Assembly: GCA_003598025.1 (NCBI GenBank)
Contig: QZKH01000002.1
Coordinates: 10,133 to 74,132, forward strand
Length of the DNA: 64,000 nucleotides
Origin: Candidatus Omnitrophota bacterium
Lineage (GTDB): Bacteria > Omnitrophota > Gorgyraeia > Gygaellales > Profunditerraquicolaceae
Direction of reading: 5' to 3'
Positions 29,248 to 39,268 of this stretch are shown piece after piece (within the stretch, counting starts at the first letter, position 1; the number at the start of each line of letters is the position of its first letter). The notes beneath the pieces are model-generated. The model worked only from the letters and a program-made list of their open reading frames with translations. It made no database searches and was not told the origin of the DNA. Made by a program: the position numbers and the translations under genes.

Positions 29248-29257
29248 GGAGCCCTAC

Positions 29258-29959
29258 GTGAAAATATCTAACTTTTCAGTACCCAATATAAATATAGGTA
29301 AGCATAATATTAAAGACCAAAGGCTTGACCAGGTAGACAGTATTGTAAAAGCCAAGAAAAAAACGTATATACAGGTAGAGGTTATTGCCCCTGAGCTTAT
29401 GCTCGAGGCAGATGCTATAATTGTTCCCCGTGATCTTACAAGCGACCTTATATTAAAGGATTTGGAGTTCACTGAGACCAGGCTTTCAAGGAGCGCCGAC
29501 GAAAAAGAGAAGGCGCTGCTTGCTTTTATCAAGGCCCAGCTTGAGAAAGAAGTTTTTGTTTGTAACATGCAGCTGGATGCCGAACAGAAACAGCTTGTTT
29601 CAGGATACGGCTTGATTACAGGCAGGCCAGTAATCGTTGCAGAGAGCAGCGATTCGGATAACACCAACTCCTTTTTATCCAGGGCTGTTGCTGAAGGAGG
29701 CTTTATCAGCTTTTTTACTGCCGGAGAAAAAGATACCCGAGCATGGCTTATACGCAAGGGAACAACTGCCTGGCTTGCCGCAGGCGTAATCCATTCAGAT
29801 ATTCAGCGCGGATTCATACGCGCCGAGATAATAAGTTTCAATGATTTTATACAATTTGGCGGTGAGGTAAAAGCTAAACAGGCAGGTAAAATGAGGCTTG
29901 AGCAGAAGGATTATATTATGCAGGACGCAGATTTAGCAAATTTCCGTTTTAATAAATGA
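29258..29959 (+). CDS. YchF/OLA1-like protein lacking the P-loop G domain (helical and TGS domains retained)
   Basis: The C-terminal region [39 protein letters not shown]...[24 protein letters not shown] closely matches the YchF TGS/DUF933 domain. The N-terminus has no GxxxxGK[ST] motif and is only about 60 aa, where YchF has a ~150-aa G domain. GTG start with a GAGGAG RBS. Confidence 0.6.
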   Translation: MKISNFSVPNINIGKHNIKDQRLDQVDSIVKAKKKTYIQVEVIAPELMLEADAIIVPRDLTSDLILKDLEFTETRLSRSADEKEKALLAFIKAQLEKEVFVCNMQLDAEQKQLVSGYGLITGRPVIVAESSDSDNTNSFLSRAVAEGGFISFFTAGEKDTRAWLIRKGTTAWLAAGVIHSDIQRGFIRAEIISFNDFIQFGGEVKAKQAGKMRLEQKDYIMQDADLANFRFNK

Positions 29960-29981
29960 AATCGAAAGGAGAACATCAGCC

Positions 29982-31538
29982 ATGGCCCAGGTGAAGCGCG
30001 CTTTAATAAGTGTTTCCGATAAAACAGGCATATTGGATTTTGCAAAAGAGCTGGACAAAATGGGTATCGAGATTCTTTCTACGGGAGGGACAGCTAAACT
30101 CCTGCGCGAAAACAAAATATCCGTGAAAGATGTTTCGGATTATACGGGTTTTCCGGAAATACTTGATGGCAGGGTTAAGACATTGCATCCTAAGATCCAT
30201 GCCGGGCTTCTTGCATTAAGAGAGAACAGCCAGCATATGCTTACGTTAACTGACCTGGGTTTAGGATTGATAGACCTCGTAGTCGTAAATTTATATCCCT
30301 TTGAAAAAACAACCCAGAAGCCGGGTGTTACTATTGAAGAGGTAATCGAGAATATCGATATCGGCGGGCCGTCAATGCTTCGTTCCGCGGCTAAGAATGC
30401 CCATTCAGTAGTTGTGGTATGTAACCCCAGTCGTTATTCCCAGGTTATAAGTGAACTAAAGGCAAATAACGGCTCGATCCCGGAAGGGCTTATGCGCAGC
30501 CTGGGTGTAGAGGTATTCTTGCATACCAGCCGTTACGACAATGCGATATATAATTATCTGAGCAATTATTTTAGCGGTAAAACAGAAGATACCGCATTTC
30601 CTAGCGAAGTCAGTTTTACATTTGAGAAGATACAGGACCTAAGATATGGAGAAAACTCTCATCAAAAGGCAGCATTCTATAAGGAAAAAAACAAAAATAG
30701 GGGTATCATTAATTTAAAACAGCTCCAGGGCAAAGAGCTATCTTTCAATAATATCCTTGATTTAAACAGCTCATGGGAGCTTGTCAATGAATTTGAAAAT
30801 CCGGCAGCTGTAATAGTCAAGCATAATAATCCCTGTGGCGTTGCGCAAGATTATAGCCTTTCCAAGGCATATCTTAGCGCATGGAAATGCGACTCACTTT
30901 CGGCATTTGGCGGGATAGTGGCATTAAACAGAAAGCTTGATTTAACAACTGCGAAATTGATTGCAAAGAGCGGATTCCTGGAATGTATAATTGCCCCAGA
31001 TTATGATGAGCAGGCAAAAGGATATTTCAAGGATAAGAAAAATCTTAGGGTGCTTACGTTGAAGGATTCAGGCCCTATGCTTGATACCGATTTAAAAAGG
31101 GTCAGCGGAGGACTGCTTTTGCAGGATAAAGATGTAAAGACCATTGATTTGAAAGAGATTAAAATAGTTACTAAGAAAAAACCAAGCAAAGTTCAAATGC
31201 AGAGTTTAATTTTCGGATGGAAGGTGGCAAAGCACGTAAAATCAAATGCGATAGTCCTTACCAGGGGCAATAAAACCGTAGGCATAGGTGCCGGCCAAAT
31301 GTCCAGGGTAGATTCTGTTACTATAGCTAAAATTAAATCATCAGGCCAGATAAAGAACTCTTGTCTTGCTTCTGATGCCTTCTTTCCGAAGGCAGATGCC
31401 GTGGTGCTGGCGGCTAAATCAGGAGTGAAGGCGATAATACAGCCGGGCGGCTCGATTTCGGACAAGGAAATAATAAAAGCCTGCGATAAATATGGTATTT
31501 CTATGGTATTTACCGGTATCAGGCATTTCAGGCATTGA
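29982..31538 (+). CDS. purH: Bifunctional AICAR transformylase / IMP cyclohydrolase
   Basis: The MGS-like N-terminus MAQVKRALISVSDKTGILDFAKELDKMGIEILSTGGTAKLL and the AICARFT domain follow PurH over the full length (518 aa). Confidence 0.9.
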   Translation: MAQVKRALISVSDKTGILDFAKELDKMGIEILSTGGTAKLLRENKISVKDVSDYTGFPEILDGRVKTLHPKIHAGLLALRENSQHMLTLTDLGLGLIDLVVVNLYPFEKTTQKPGVTIEEVIENIDIGGPSMLRSAAKNAHSVVVVCNPSRYSQVISELKANNGSIPEGLMRSLGVEVFLHTSRYDNAIYNYLSNYFSGKTEDTAFPSEVSFTFEKIQDLRYGENSHQKAAFYKEKNKNRGIINLKQLQGKELSFNNILDLNSSWELVNEFENPAAVIVKHNNPCGVAQDYSLSKAYLSAWKCDSLSAFGGIVALNRKLDLTTAKLIAKSGFLECIIAPDYDEQAKGYFKDKKNLRVLTLKDSGPMLDTDLKRVSGGLLLQDKDVKTIDLKEIKIVTKKKPSKVQMQSLIFGWKVAKHVKSNAIVLTRGNKTVGIGAGQMSRVDSVTIAKIKSSGQIKNSCLASDAFFPKADAVVLAAKSGVKAIIQPGGSISDKEIIKACDKYGISMVFTGIRHFRH

Positions 31539-31583
31539 CAAGCCCGCTTTTTTAGTTTCCTGGCTGGAGAATAATCACAAGAA

Positions 31584-32936
31584 GTGACCTATCCCGAAGT
31601 TCTCAAGTATTTAGAATCCTTTATAAACTACGAAAAGATCCCGGTTTACCCGTATAAAGAATCTTGTAAACTTGAACGGGTCAAAGGCCTCTTGGATCTG
31701 ATCGGTAATCCCCAGCATAAATTAAGGTGTGTGCATGTTGCCGGTTCCAAGGGCAAGGGTTCGACTTGCTCTTTTGCCGCATATATTTTAAGGGCCTGCG
31801 GTTTTCAAGTAGGGCTATATACATCTCCGCATTTGAATGATTTTAGAGAAAGAATCAGAGTCTTAAGTTATCAGGCGTCAGCTTTCAGCCGCCAGTGTGA
31901 TTTTGAAGGGATGATAACTGAGCAGGAATTAACCGGGATAGTCACAGAATACAAAGCGGTTTTTGATGATTATTGCAGTAAATCGGAATATGGCCCGCTT
32001 TCTTTCTTTGAAGTCTATACTACGATAGCGTTTATTTATTATTTAAGGAAAAATGTGGATTTTGTCGTCCTTGAAACAGGGCTTGGAGGCAGGCTTGATG
32101 CTACTAATACGGTTTATTCTTTAGTCAGTGTAATCACCCCGATAAGTTATGAGCATACACAGAAATTAGGCAATACGCTTGGTGAAATTGCCTATGAAAA
32201 AGCTGGGATAATAAAAGGAATCAAGGAATCAAGGGGGCCGATAGTCATTTGTGCGCCTCAAGAAAAAGAAGTTACGGAAGTAATTAAGAAAAAATGCCAG
32301 GATACGGGGTCAAGGCTATACAGGGTAGGAGAGGATATCTTATATGGCCATAAGGCCGGGAAATTATGGATCAAAGGTATTTTCGGAGAATATCATGATT
32401 TGGAGATAAAGCTTGCCGGCGAACACCAATTAATGAATGCAGTTACTGCTGTTGCAGCAGTAGAAGCGCTGCATTTTCTTGGAATTCATTCCCGGCCTGA
32501 ATGCATAAGAGAAGGGTTAAAAAACACTTCTTGGCCAGGAAGGTGCGAGGTGGTCTCCAGGAAACCTCTTGTTGTCTTAGACGGAGCCCATAATGAAGCT
32601 TCGGCAAGAGCTCTCAGGGAGACGCTGTTAAATAACTTTAAATTTAAACGCGTGATCTCAGTGATAGGAATGTCCAATGACAAAGATATAGCAGGATTCT
32701 GCAGGGAGCTTGATAAAATTAGCGATATTGTAATTTTGACCAAAGCGGATAACCCCAGGGCAGTTGAACCTAACGAATTAAGCCTGTTTTTTAGGACACA
32801 ACACAAGTTTATTGCCTCCGATTTAAGATCCGCCAGACTTGAAGTTATCAATAACGCGGCTCAAGAAGACCTTGTAATTATAACCGGATCTTTATTTCTT
32901 GTTGGAGAGGCCAGGGTATTATCATGGGCAAGTTAA
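31584..32936 (+). CDS. folC: Folylpolyglutamate synthase / dihydrofolate synthase (Mur ligase family)
   Basis: P-loop VAGSKGKGSTC and the Mur ligase middle and C domains. GTG start. Confidence 0.8.
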   Translation: MTYPEVLKYLESFINYEKIPVYPYKESCKLERVKGLLDLIGNPQHKLRCVHVAGSKGKGSTCSFAAYILRACGFQVGLYTSPHLNDFRERIRVLSYQASAFSRQCDFEGMITEQELTGIVTEYKAVFDDYCSKSEYGPLSFFEVYTTIAFIYYLRKNVDFVVLETGLGGRLDATNTVYSLVSVITPISYEHTQKLGNTLGEIAYEKAGIIKGIKESRGPIVICAPQEKEVTEVIKKKCQDTGSRLYRVGEDILYGHKAGKLWIKGIFGEYHDLEIKLAGEHQLMNAVTAVAAVEALHFLGIHSRPECIREGLKNTSWPGRCEVVSRKPLVVLDGAHNEASARALRETLLNNFKFKRVISVIGMSNDKDIAGFCRELDKISDIVILTKADNPRAVEPNELSLFFRTQHKFIASDLRSARLEVINNAAQEDLVIITGSLFLVGEARVLSWAS

Positions 32937-34357
32937 AATATACCTCTGATACTATAGCAGCTATTTCTACTTCGTCGGGTGATTCGGGTATTGGAATAGT
33001 GCGTATAAGCGGTAGCGATGCTATCGCAATTGCCGATAGGATCTTTGTTTCCAAGGATAAGAAATTGCCCAGCGGTTTTAAGACATATACTATCCATTAT
33101 GGGTGGATAGTAGATAGTTCACAGTTAATAGTTCACAGTTCACAGAATAAAGAGAATGAGTTGCCTCGGAATAATATTGTGGATGAAGTCTTGCTTACTG
33201 TGATGCGTGCGCCCAGGTCTTTTACTAAAGAAGATATAATAGAAATAAATTGTCATGGCGGCCCAGTTGCTATGCGCGCAGTTTTAGATCTAGCCTTGGC
33301 TAATGGGGCAAGATTGGCTGAACCCGGCGAGTTTACAAAGCGCGCGTTTCTAAACGGCAGAATTGACCTGGCCCAGGCAGAAGCGGTGTTGGACGTTATC
33401 AGCGCAAAGACGGAGATGGCCCTTAGAGTAGGCGCCAGGCAGCTTGCCGGGGTTTTATCGGTCAAAATAGAGGACATAAGGAGCCGTATTTTAGAGATTT
33501 TGGCGTTGCTTGAGGCTAATATAGATTTTCCTGAAGAAGAGATTGGTTCGATTGATTTTGGCAGATTGTGCAAGGCAGCGGATGATATACGTTCACGCAT
33601 ATCCGGGATTCTCGACAGCGCAAATAAGGGTAAGATTATACGTGATGGAATAAAGGTTGTTATATGCGGCAAGGCTAATGTGGGTAAGTCTTCCCTTCTC
33701 AATGCATTATTAAAAGAAGAGAGGTCTATAGTCACTCATATTGCAGGTACGACCCGTGACACAATAGAAGAGATGATAGATATAAGAGGGATTCCTGTAT
33801 GCATAGTTGATACTGCAGGGATGCTGAAACCCAGGGATGTAATCGAAAAGAAAGCTTTGAAGCGCTCGAGAAAATATATACAATCAGCAGATTTATTATT
33901 GCTGTTATTTGATGCGGGAAAGAAATTGGATAAGCATGACAGGATGCTTATTAAAAAGCTTTCCAAAAAAGAATGCATTGCAGTAATAAATAAAATCGAC
34001 CTCAAGGCAAGGATCAGCAAGGAAGAGATAAAGAAGTATTTTGATAAAGTCATAGAAATATCAGTAAAGAAACACAAGAATATTAATATCCTTGAGGATA
34101 CTTTTACAGAATGGGCTTTTAAGGGTTCTTACGGTGCAGAATCTGTGCTAATCAGCAACCTCAGGCACATCGAAGCCTTAAAAAGCGCAAATAAACTTGT
34201 TGCTGAAGCCAGGGAATTAATGGATAATAAATTATCCGCAGAGTTGATTGCGCAAAGCCTTAGAGAGGCTATTTCCCAGTTGGACTTGATATTGGGGAAG
34301 AATTTTAACCAGGATTTAATAGATAAGATATTCAATGATTTCTGTATAGGTAAGTAG
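32924..34357 (+). CDS. mnmE: tRNA modification GTPase MnmE (TrmE)
   Basis: The N-domain, a G domain ([18 protein letters not shown]) and the C-terminal ...FCIGK tetrapeptide. It contains an in-frame low-complexity insert ([10 protein letters not shown]) encoded by a GTTCACAG tandem repeat. Confidence 0.85.
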   Translation: MGKLKYTSDTIAAISTSSGDSGIGIVRISGSDAIAIADRIFVSKDKKLPSGFKTYTIHYGWIVDSSQLIVHSSQNKENELPRNNIVDEVLLTVMRAPRSFTKEDIIEINCHGGPVAMRAVLDLALANGARLAEPGEFTKRAFLNGRIDLAQAEAVLDVISAKTEMALRVGARQLAGVLSVKIEDIRSRILEILALLEANIDFPEEEIGSIDFGRLCKAADDIRSRISGILDSANKGKIIRDGIKVVICGKANVGKSSLLNALLKEERSIVTHIAGTTRDTIEEMIDIRGIPVCIVDTAGMLKPRDVIEKKALKRSRKYIQSADLLLLLFDAGKKLDKHDRMLIKKLSKKECIAVINKIDLKARISKEEIKKYFDKVIEISVKKHKNINILEDTFTEWAFKGSYGAESVLISNLRHIEALKSANKLVAEARELMDNKLSAELIAQSLREAISQLDLILGKNFNQDLIDKIFNDFCIGK

Positions 34358-34365
34358 GAGAGAAA

Positions 34366-34935
34366 ATGAAAGAAATGAATAAAAAGAAGATCGAAGATGC
34401 GGTAAGGCAGATACTGGAGGCAATAGGCGAGAACCCGCGTAAAAAAGATCTATTGGATACCCCCAGGAGAGTCGCCGAGATGTATGAAGAGATTTTTTCC
34501 GGTATAAGCCAGGACCCGAATAAAGAATTAGAAGTTATACTGGACCAGAAACATCATGAAATAATACTTCTCAAGAATGTGCCTTTATACAGCGTATGCG
34601 AGCATCATCTCTTGCCTTTTATAGGCAAAGCGCATATAGCCTACATACCGCGCAAGGGCAGAGTAACGGGGTTAAGTAAATTGGCAAGAGTGGTGGATAT
34701 TCTGGCAAGAAGGCCGCAGGTCCAGGAGAGGCTCACTACTCAAATAGTCGAGATCATTATGTCTAAATTGAGGCCTTTAGGAGCTATGGTAGTCATAGAG
34801 GCAGAGCATCTTTGTATGTCTATGCGTGGTGTAAGAAAGCCGGGTACACTTACTGTCACATCGGCAGTCAGGGGTATTTTTAAGGAAAACGAAAAGACTC
34901 GTGCAGAGACATTAGCGCTGATGAAAGATAGGTAA
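34366..34935 (+). CDS. folE: GTP cyclohydrolase I
   Basis: The CEHHLLPF active-site motif, the size (189 aa) and overall collinearity with FolE. Confidence 0.9.
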   Translation: MKEMNKKKIEDAVRQILEAIGENPRKKDLLDTPRRVAEMYEEIFSGISQDPNKELEVILDQKHHEIILLKNVPLYSVCEHHLLPFIGKAHIAYIPRKGRVTGLSKLARVVDILARRPQVQERLTTQIVEIIMSKLRPLGAMVVIEAEHLCMSMRGVRKPGTLTVTSAVRGIFKENEKTRAETLALMKDR

Positions 34936-34967
34936 TAAGCGCAGAAAGCCATATCCAGGAGGGTAAA

Positions 34968-35516
34968 ATGAAGATAGAAGAAATTCAAATTAAGGCAAGG
35001 AGAGAATTTAATAATGCAATTTGCTTAATAGGCGTAATCCCGTTTTTGGTTTTTCTTTATTTATTGGTGGTGAAGGTCAGCTCGTTTAAAATACTCGTAG
35101 GCGATGTCGGTTATATAATGATTACCGCCATGGTTTTATTGCTTCTGGGTATTTTTATCGGCAGGAAGCTGCTTTGGGACCTGATATCTAATTTAATAGA
35201 GTTCAGCCGCCAGATAATGAATATGCAGCAGGAACTTGTAGAAAAGAAAAGATTGGCGGCGATAACAGAGACTGCCTTATCTTTGGGGCATGAAATAAAT
35301 AATCCTCTTTTAGTAATAAGGGGTAATTTGGAAATGCTTGAAAGCGATATGTCTCAATCTTCTTTCGATAATTCAATAAAAGAAAGATTGGTCCTGATCA
35401 AAAGTTATTTTAACCGCATAGGAGAAGTTACCCAGAAGATGAGCCGGCTTTCAAATCCTGTTTTGACTGATGTTTATGGCGATACAAATATGATAGATTT
35501 GGGCAATTCCGAATAA
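34968..35516 (+). CDS. Membrane protein with only a HisKA (DHp) domain: a histidine-kinase fragment lacking the catalytic ATP-binding domain
   Basis: Two hydrophobic TM segments, then the H-box LSLGHEINNPLLVIRGNLEML. The protein ends about 90 aa later with no N/G1/G2 boxes. Confidence 0.55.
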   Translation: MKIEEIQIKARREFNNAICLIGVIPFLVFLYLLVVKVSSFKILVGDVGYIMITAMVLLLLGIFIGRKLLWDLISNLIEFSRQIMNMQQELVEKKRLAAITETALSLGHEINNPLLVIRGNLEMLESDMSQSSFDNSIKERLVLIKSYFNRIGEVTQKMSRLSNPVLTDVYGDTNMIDLGNSE

Positions 35517-35528
35517 AAAGGAGATACC

Positions 35529-35738
35529 ATGAAATATTTGAGAAAAGACAAATTTAGCAAGCCTTTTACAGCAAGCGATATCCTGAATCTGGCGCTGGAA
35601 AAAGAAAAATCTTCCTATGAGTTCTACTCTAAGATTATAGAGCAGACAAAGAATGCATCCTTGCTTAAGCTTTTAAAACAGCTTAAAGATGCGGAGCTGG
35701 GCCATATACGCGCGATCAAGGCTTTAATCAGCAAGTAG
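35529..35738 (+). CDS. Small hypothetical protein (ferritin/rubrerythrin-like helix fragment?)
   Basis: A 69-aa ORF with a good RBS (AAAGGAG). ASDILNLALEKEKSSYEFYSKI weakly resembles the first helix of rubrerythrin-like proteins. It is weakly supported. Confidence 0.3.
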   Translation: MKYLRKDKFSKPFTASDILNLALEKEKSSYEFYSKIIEQTKNASLLKLLKQLKDAELGHIRAIKALISK

Positions 35739-35793
35739 CCTGAAACGAACTAAACACCCATTAAGCTAATTGAAAAGTTTTTGTCCGGAGATT

Positions 35794-35822
35794 TGACTTT
35801 TATCCCAAGGTTATGCTATATT
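35794..35822 (+). promoter_or_regulatory. σ70-type promoter (TTGACT-N17-TATATT)
   Basis: TTGACT at 35794-35799, a 17-nt spacer, TATATT at 35817-35822. It lies about 40 nt upstream of the PAS-GGDEF-HD-GYP ATG. Confidence 0.5.
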
Positions 35823-35860
35823 TTACTTACTGCTGCCGTTAAACCTAAATAGGGGTTTTT

Positions 35861-38383
35861 ATGGATAAACCTAAAGAAAAAACCGGATTATCTCTTCAAG
35901 AAAAGCTATTATCCTTCCAAAGTCTTATAAATAATTTCCCTATCCCAATATTTTACAAGGATTTAAAAGGCAATTATCTGGGTTGCAACCTGGCCTTTAA
36001 GCAATACCTCGGGTTGGATAAAAGCGATATTATAGGCAAGAGCGCATATGATATTTCTCCGGTTGATCTAGCGATTAACCATAAAGAGCGGGACCAGGAG
36101 TTATGTGAAAAAGGCGGGTCCCAGAAGTATGAAACAGCGGTTCTTGGCGCAGACGGCTTAAGGCATAATGTCGAATTCTATAAAGAGGTATTTTATGATG
36201 AAAAAGGGAATAAGGCCGGAATAATCGGGATAATATTTGATATAACCGAAAGAAAGAAGAAAGAAGAGTTATTAAAAGAGGCCCGCCAGGAATTAGAGAT
36301 AAGGGTTAAGGTGCGCACTGCAGAGATAGCCAAGATAAACGAGGATCTGCGTAAAGAAATCAATGAAAGGAAACGCGCAGAAGAAGCTCTGCGGGAAAGC
36401 GAAGAAACATACAGGGCGCTTGTTAATAACTCGCTGTTTGGTGCTTTTATTATTCAAGATGAGAAGATCGTATTTGTTAACCCAAAAATGATGGAGGTTA
36501 TGGGTTATTCCCAGCAGGAAGCGTTGAATGAGGATATTTTTGCATTTGTCCATCCCGAAGATAAAGAAAAGGTGAGAAATTATTATCACCTGCGTCTAAC
36601 GGGAAAAGATGCCCCGAGTGTTTATGAAGCCAGGGGTATAGCTAAAGATGGCAAGGTGATCTATTGGCAAGTGCAGGCATCGTTGATAAATTACCGGAAT
36701 AGGCCGGCGATTTTTGTGAACTTAGTAGATATAACGGCGAGAAAGGAATTCGAGGATAAGCTTGAAAAAAGCAAAGAAGAGATACGGATGTACCTGGATA
36801 TTGCGAATGTCATAATATTGATTATAGATAAAGATTCCAAAGTAAGATTGATAAATAAAAAGGGCTGCAACGTACTCGGCTATAATGATTATAAGGAGAT
36901 TATAGGCAAAGACTGGTTTAATACATTCTTGCCTAAGAAATACAGGAATAAGGTAAAAGAGGTCTTTGAGGAGCTGATGGCAGGCAAGGTTAAAGAATTC
37001 GGAGAGGCAGAGAATCCTGTTATAACCAGGGATGGCAAGGAAAAAGTTATACTTTGGCATAACAGCCTGATAAAAGATCCCGGAGGCAAGATAGTTGCCA
37101 CTATCAGTTCCGGGCAAGATATCACGGAGCGCAAAGCCGTAGAAAAGAAAATTGCCCATATGAACCTTGAACTCAATAGGACCAACAAGAAACTTAAACA
37201 GCTGGCTTTGCTTGACCTGGGTACAGGCGTATATAACCACCGTTATTTAACCGAAATTATCGAAGCTGAATTCTACCGCGCAAGAAGATATGCGCATCCT
37301 TTATCTGCGATAATGATGGACGTGGATTATTTTAAATCCATAAATGATGTGTACGGGCATAAATTTGGAGACATGGTCTTAAAACAGCTTGCAACCCAGC
37401 TTAAGAAGATGGTGCGTAAATATGATATCATCGTCAGGTTCGGCGGCGAGGAGTTTGTAATAATCTCTCCGGGGGCAGATAGGTCCACAGCCTTGGTTTT
37501 AGCACAAAGATTATTAGATGCTGTCAATTTGTATAATTTCGGCAACAAAATACATTCAGTTAAAATACGCATGAGTGTGGCTGTAGTCTCATACCCGGAA
37601 GATAAATCAGTAAAGGGGATGGACCTTATTGATGAAGCCGCAGAGATTGTAAATAAAATAAAAGAAAAAGGCGGTAATGCCGTTTCCTGCTCCCTGGATT
37701 TAAAAAAGGTAAAAACCAGGGTTAAGGTTAATCACAAGGCGCATGATAATGTCAAGTCTCTGCAGAGAAGGGTCAACCTTCTTAATAAAAGGTCCAAGGA
37801 AAATCTGATTGAAGCCGTTTTTGCTTTTGCTAAAACAATAGAAGTCAGGGATCATGGCACTGGTGAGCATACTGAGAGAACAGTAGGGTATGCCACGCAG
37901 ATAGCAAAGGCCATGAATCTGCCTCAGGAAGAAATCGAGCATATAAAACAGGCAGCGATACTGCATGATTTGGGAAAAATAGGCATAAGCGAGGACGTTT
38001 TAAACAAGAAAGATAAATTAACTAAGGAAGAATTTAAACAGATACAGAAGCATACCCAAATAGGCGTAGATATCATTCGCCCTATACAGTTCCTTCACCC
38101 CATAATCCCGCTGATACTTTACCATCATGAGAGATGGGATGGTAAGGGCTATCCGGGCGGTTTAAAGGGCGAAGAGATACCTGTAGGCGCAAGAATAGTC
38201 GCATTGGCAGATGTATACCAGGCTTTGACTTCGGACCGCCCTTACCGTAAGGCATTTTCTAAAGACAAAGCCATAGAAATCATCAAAAATGGCTCCGGAT
38301 CGCATTTTGACCCGCAGATTGTAAACATATTCCTGAATTTAATCAATATCAAAGAGAAAGTAACTAAGAAAAAGCGCCATTAG
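35861..38383 (+). CDS. Multi-PAS sensor with GGDEF diguanylate cyclase and HD-GYP phosphodiesterase domains
   Basis: At least three PAS-like repeats are present. The GGDEF active site is RFGGEEF. The HD-GYP motifs are ILHDLGKIGI and HHERWDGKGYPGG. Confidence 0.85.
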   Translation: MDKPKEKTGLSLQEKLLSFQSLINNFPIPIFYKDLKGNYLGCNLAFKQYLGLDKSDIIGKSAYDISPVDLAINHKERDQELCEKGGSQKYETAVLGADGLRHNVEFYKEVFYDEKGNKAGIIGIIFDITERKKKEELLKEARQELEIRVKVRTAEIAKINEDLRKEINERKRAEEALRESEETYRALVNNSLFGAFIIQDEKIVFVNPKMMEVMGYSQQEALNEDIFAFVHPEDKEKVRNYYHLRLTGKDAPSVYEARGIAKDGKVIYWQVQASLINYRNRPAIFVNLVDITARKEFEDKLEKSKEEIRMYLDIANVIILIIDKDSKVRLINKKGCNVLGYNDYKEIIGKDWFNTFLPKKYRNKVKEVFEELMAGKVKEFGEAENPVITRDGKEKVILWHNSLIKDPGGKIVATISSGQDITERKAVEKKIAHMNLELNRTNKKLKQLALLDLGTGVYNHRYLTEIIEAEFYRARRYAHPLSAIMMDVDYFKSINDVYGHKFGDMVLKQLATQLKKMVRKYDIIVRFGGEEFVIISPGADRSTALVLAQRLLDAVNLYNFGNKIHSVKIRMSVAVVSYPEDKSVKGMDLIDEAAEIVNKIKEKGGNAVSCSLDLKKVKTRVKVNHKAHDNVKSLQRRVNLLNKRSKENLIEAVFAFAKTIEVRDHGTGEHTERTVGYATQIAKAMNLPQEEIEHIKQAAILHDLGKIGISEDVLNKKDKLTKEEFKQIQKHTQIGVDIIRPIQFLHPIIPLILYHHERWDGKGYPGGLKGEEIPVGARIVALADVYQALTSDRPYRKAFSKDKAIEIIKNGSGSHFDPQIVNIFLNLINIKEKVTKKKRH

Positions 38384-38448
38384 TCCTTGCTTTTTTTATA
38401 AGTTAAAGTAGAATTAATTATAATAGTTTGTTAAAAAAGAGCTCAATT

Positions 38449-38772
38449 ATGACCGACAAAATTTATGTTGATATCGGGTATGGCCAGGGCAGTTATTGTA
38501 AGGGTTATATTCTGGATATCAGTAAGGCCGGAGCAGGGATCGCCTGCAGTTGCAGTATCCCTAAAGGAGAAAAAGTTGATCTTTTGCCTGCCGAGGGTTA
38601 TATTTTGCCTATGAAGGCAGAAGTTGTTTTCAGCGATAAACGTTCAGGCAGCCCTTATCCGTTTATTATCGGTGTAAAGTTTAATAAGCTGGATAAAGAG
38701 CAGAAGAATAAGCTTGAAAAGTTTATAGACGGCCTGGAGCAGAGAAAGATAAAACGCTTAAGTTTGACATAA
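38449..38772 (+). CDS. Small PilZ-like protein (degenerate)
   Basis: YILDISKAGAGIACS fits the DxSxxG PilZ motif, but the RxxxR motif is not evident. I prefer the ATG at 38449 over the TTG at 38428 used by the ORF track. Confidence 0.45.
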   Translation: MTDKIYVDIGYGQGSYCKGYILDISKAGAGIACSCSIPKGEKVDLLPAEGYILPMKAEVVFSDKRSGSPYPFIIGVKFNKLDKEQKNKLEKFIDGLEQRKIKRLSLT

Positions 38773-38774
38773 CT

Positions 38775-39164
38775 ATGGAAACAAGGATTACCCCCAGAGT
38801 AGATATAAATATTACCATTATTTCAACCATCCCTGCTGACCAGCAGCAAAAATTTGCTCTCACTTGCGGATCAAGGTTTGAAGCACACGCGCTGGATATA
38901 AGCGAGATGGGAATAGGGATAGTATCAAAGTATTACTTACCGAAGAAACTCATCATAGAGATGGAGATAGACGGAACGCTCTTCGGCTTAAAGGATAAAA
39001 TGATAACAATGGGGGAAATAAGGTATTGCGCTTTTGTCAGGACTCTGGGTTACAGGTGCGGAATAAAATTTGTTGACCCGCCGGAAGAATACAGAAAAGC
39101 AATCGCTAAATTTGTCTCCTTATATGAACGCAGGAAAGAACCGCGAGTAAGGCTAGCCGATTAA
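38775..39164 (+). CDS. Small PilZ domain protein
   Basis: The RITPR (RxxxR) and HALDISEMGIGIVS (DxSxxG) motifs are present. It lies 3 nt after the previous PilZ-like gene. Confidence 0.55.
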   Translation: METRITPRVDINITIISTIPADQQQKFALTCGSRFEAHALDISEMGIGIVSKYYLPKKLIIEMEIDGTLFGLKDKMITMGEIRYCAFVRTLGYRCGIKFVDPPEEYRKAIAKFVSLYERRKEPRVRLAD

Positions 39165-39268
39165 ACCCACCTCTTAAATAATTCAGGATTAAATAAAATA
39201 CCCGGTTAGATAATCATGTTTTTGGCGTCTTATATAGTGGTAATAAGACGTTAATGATAATTTAACCC

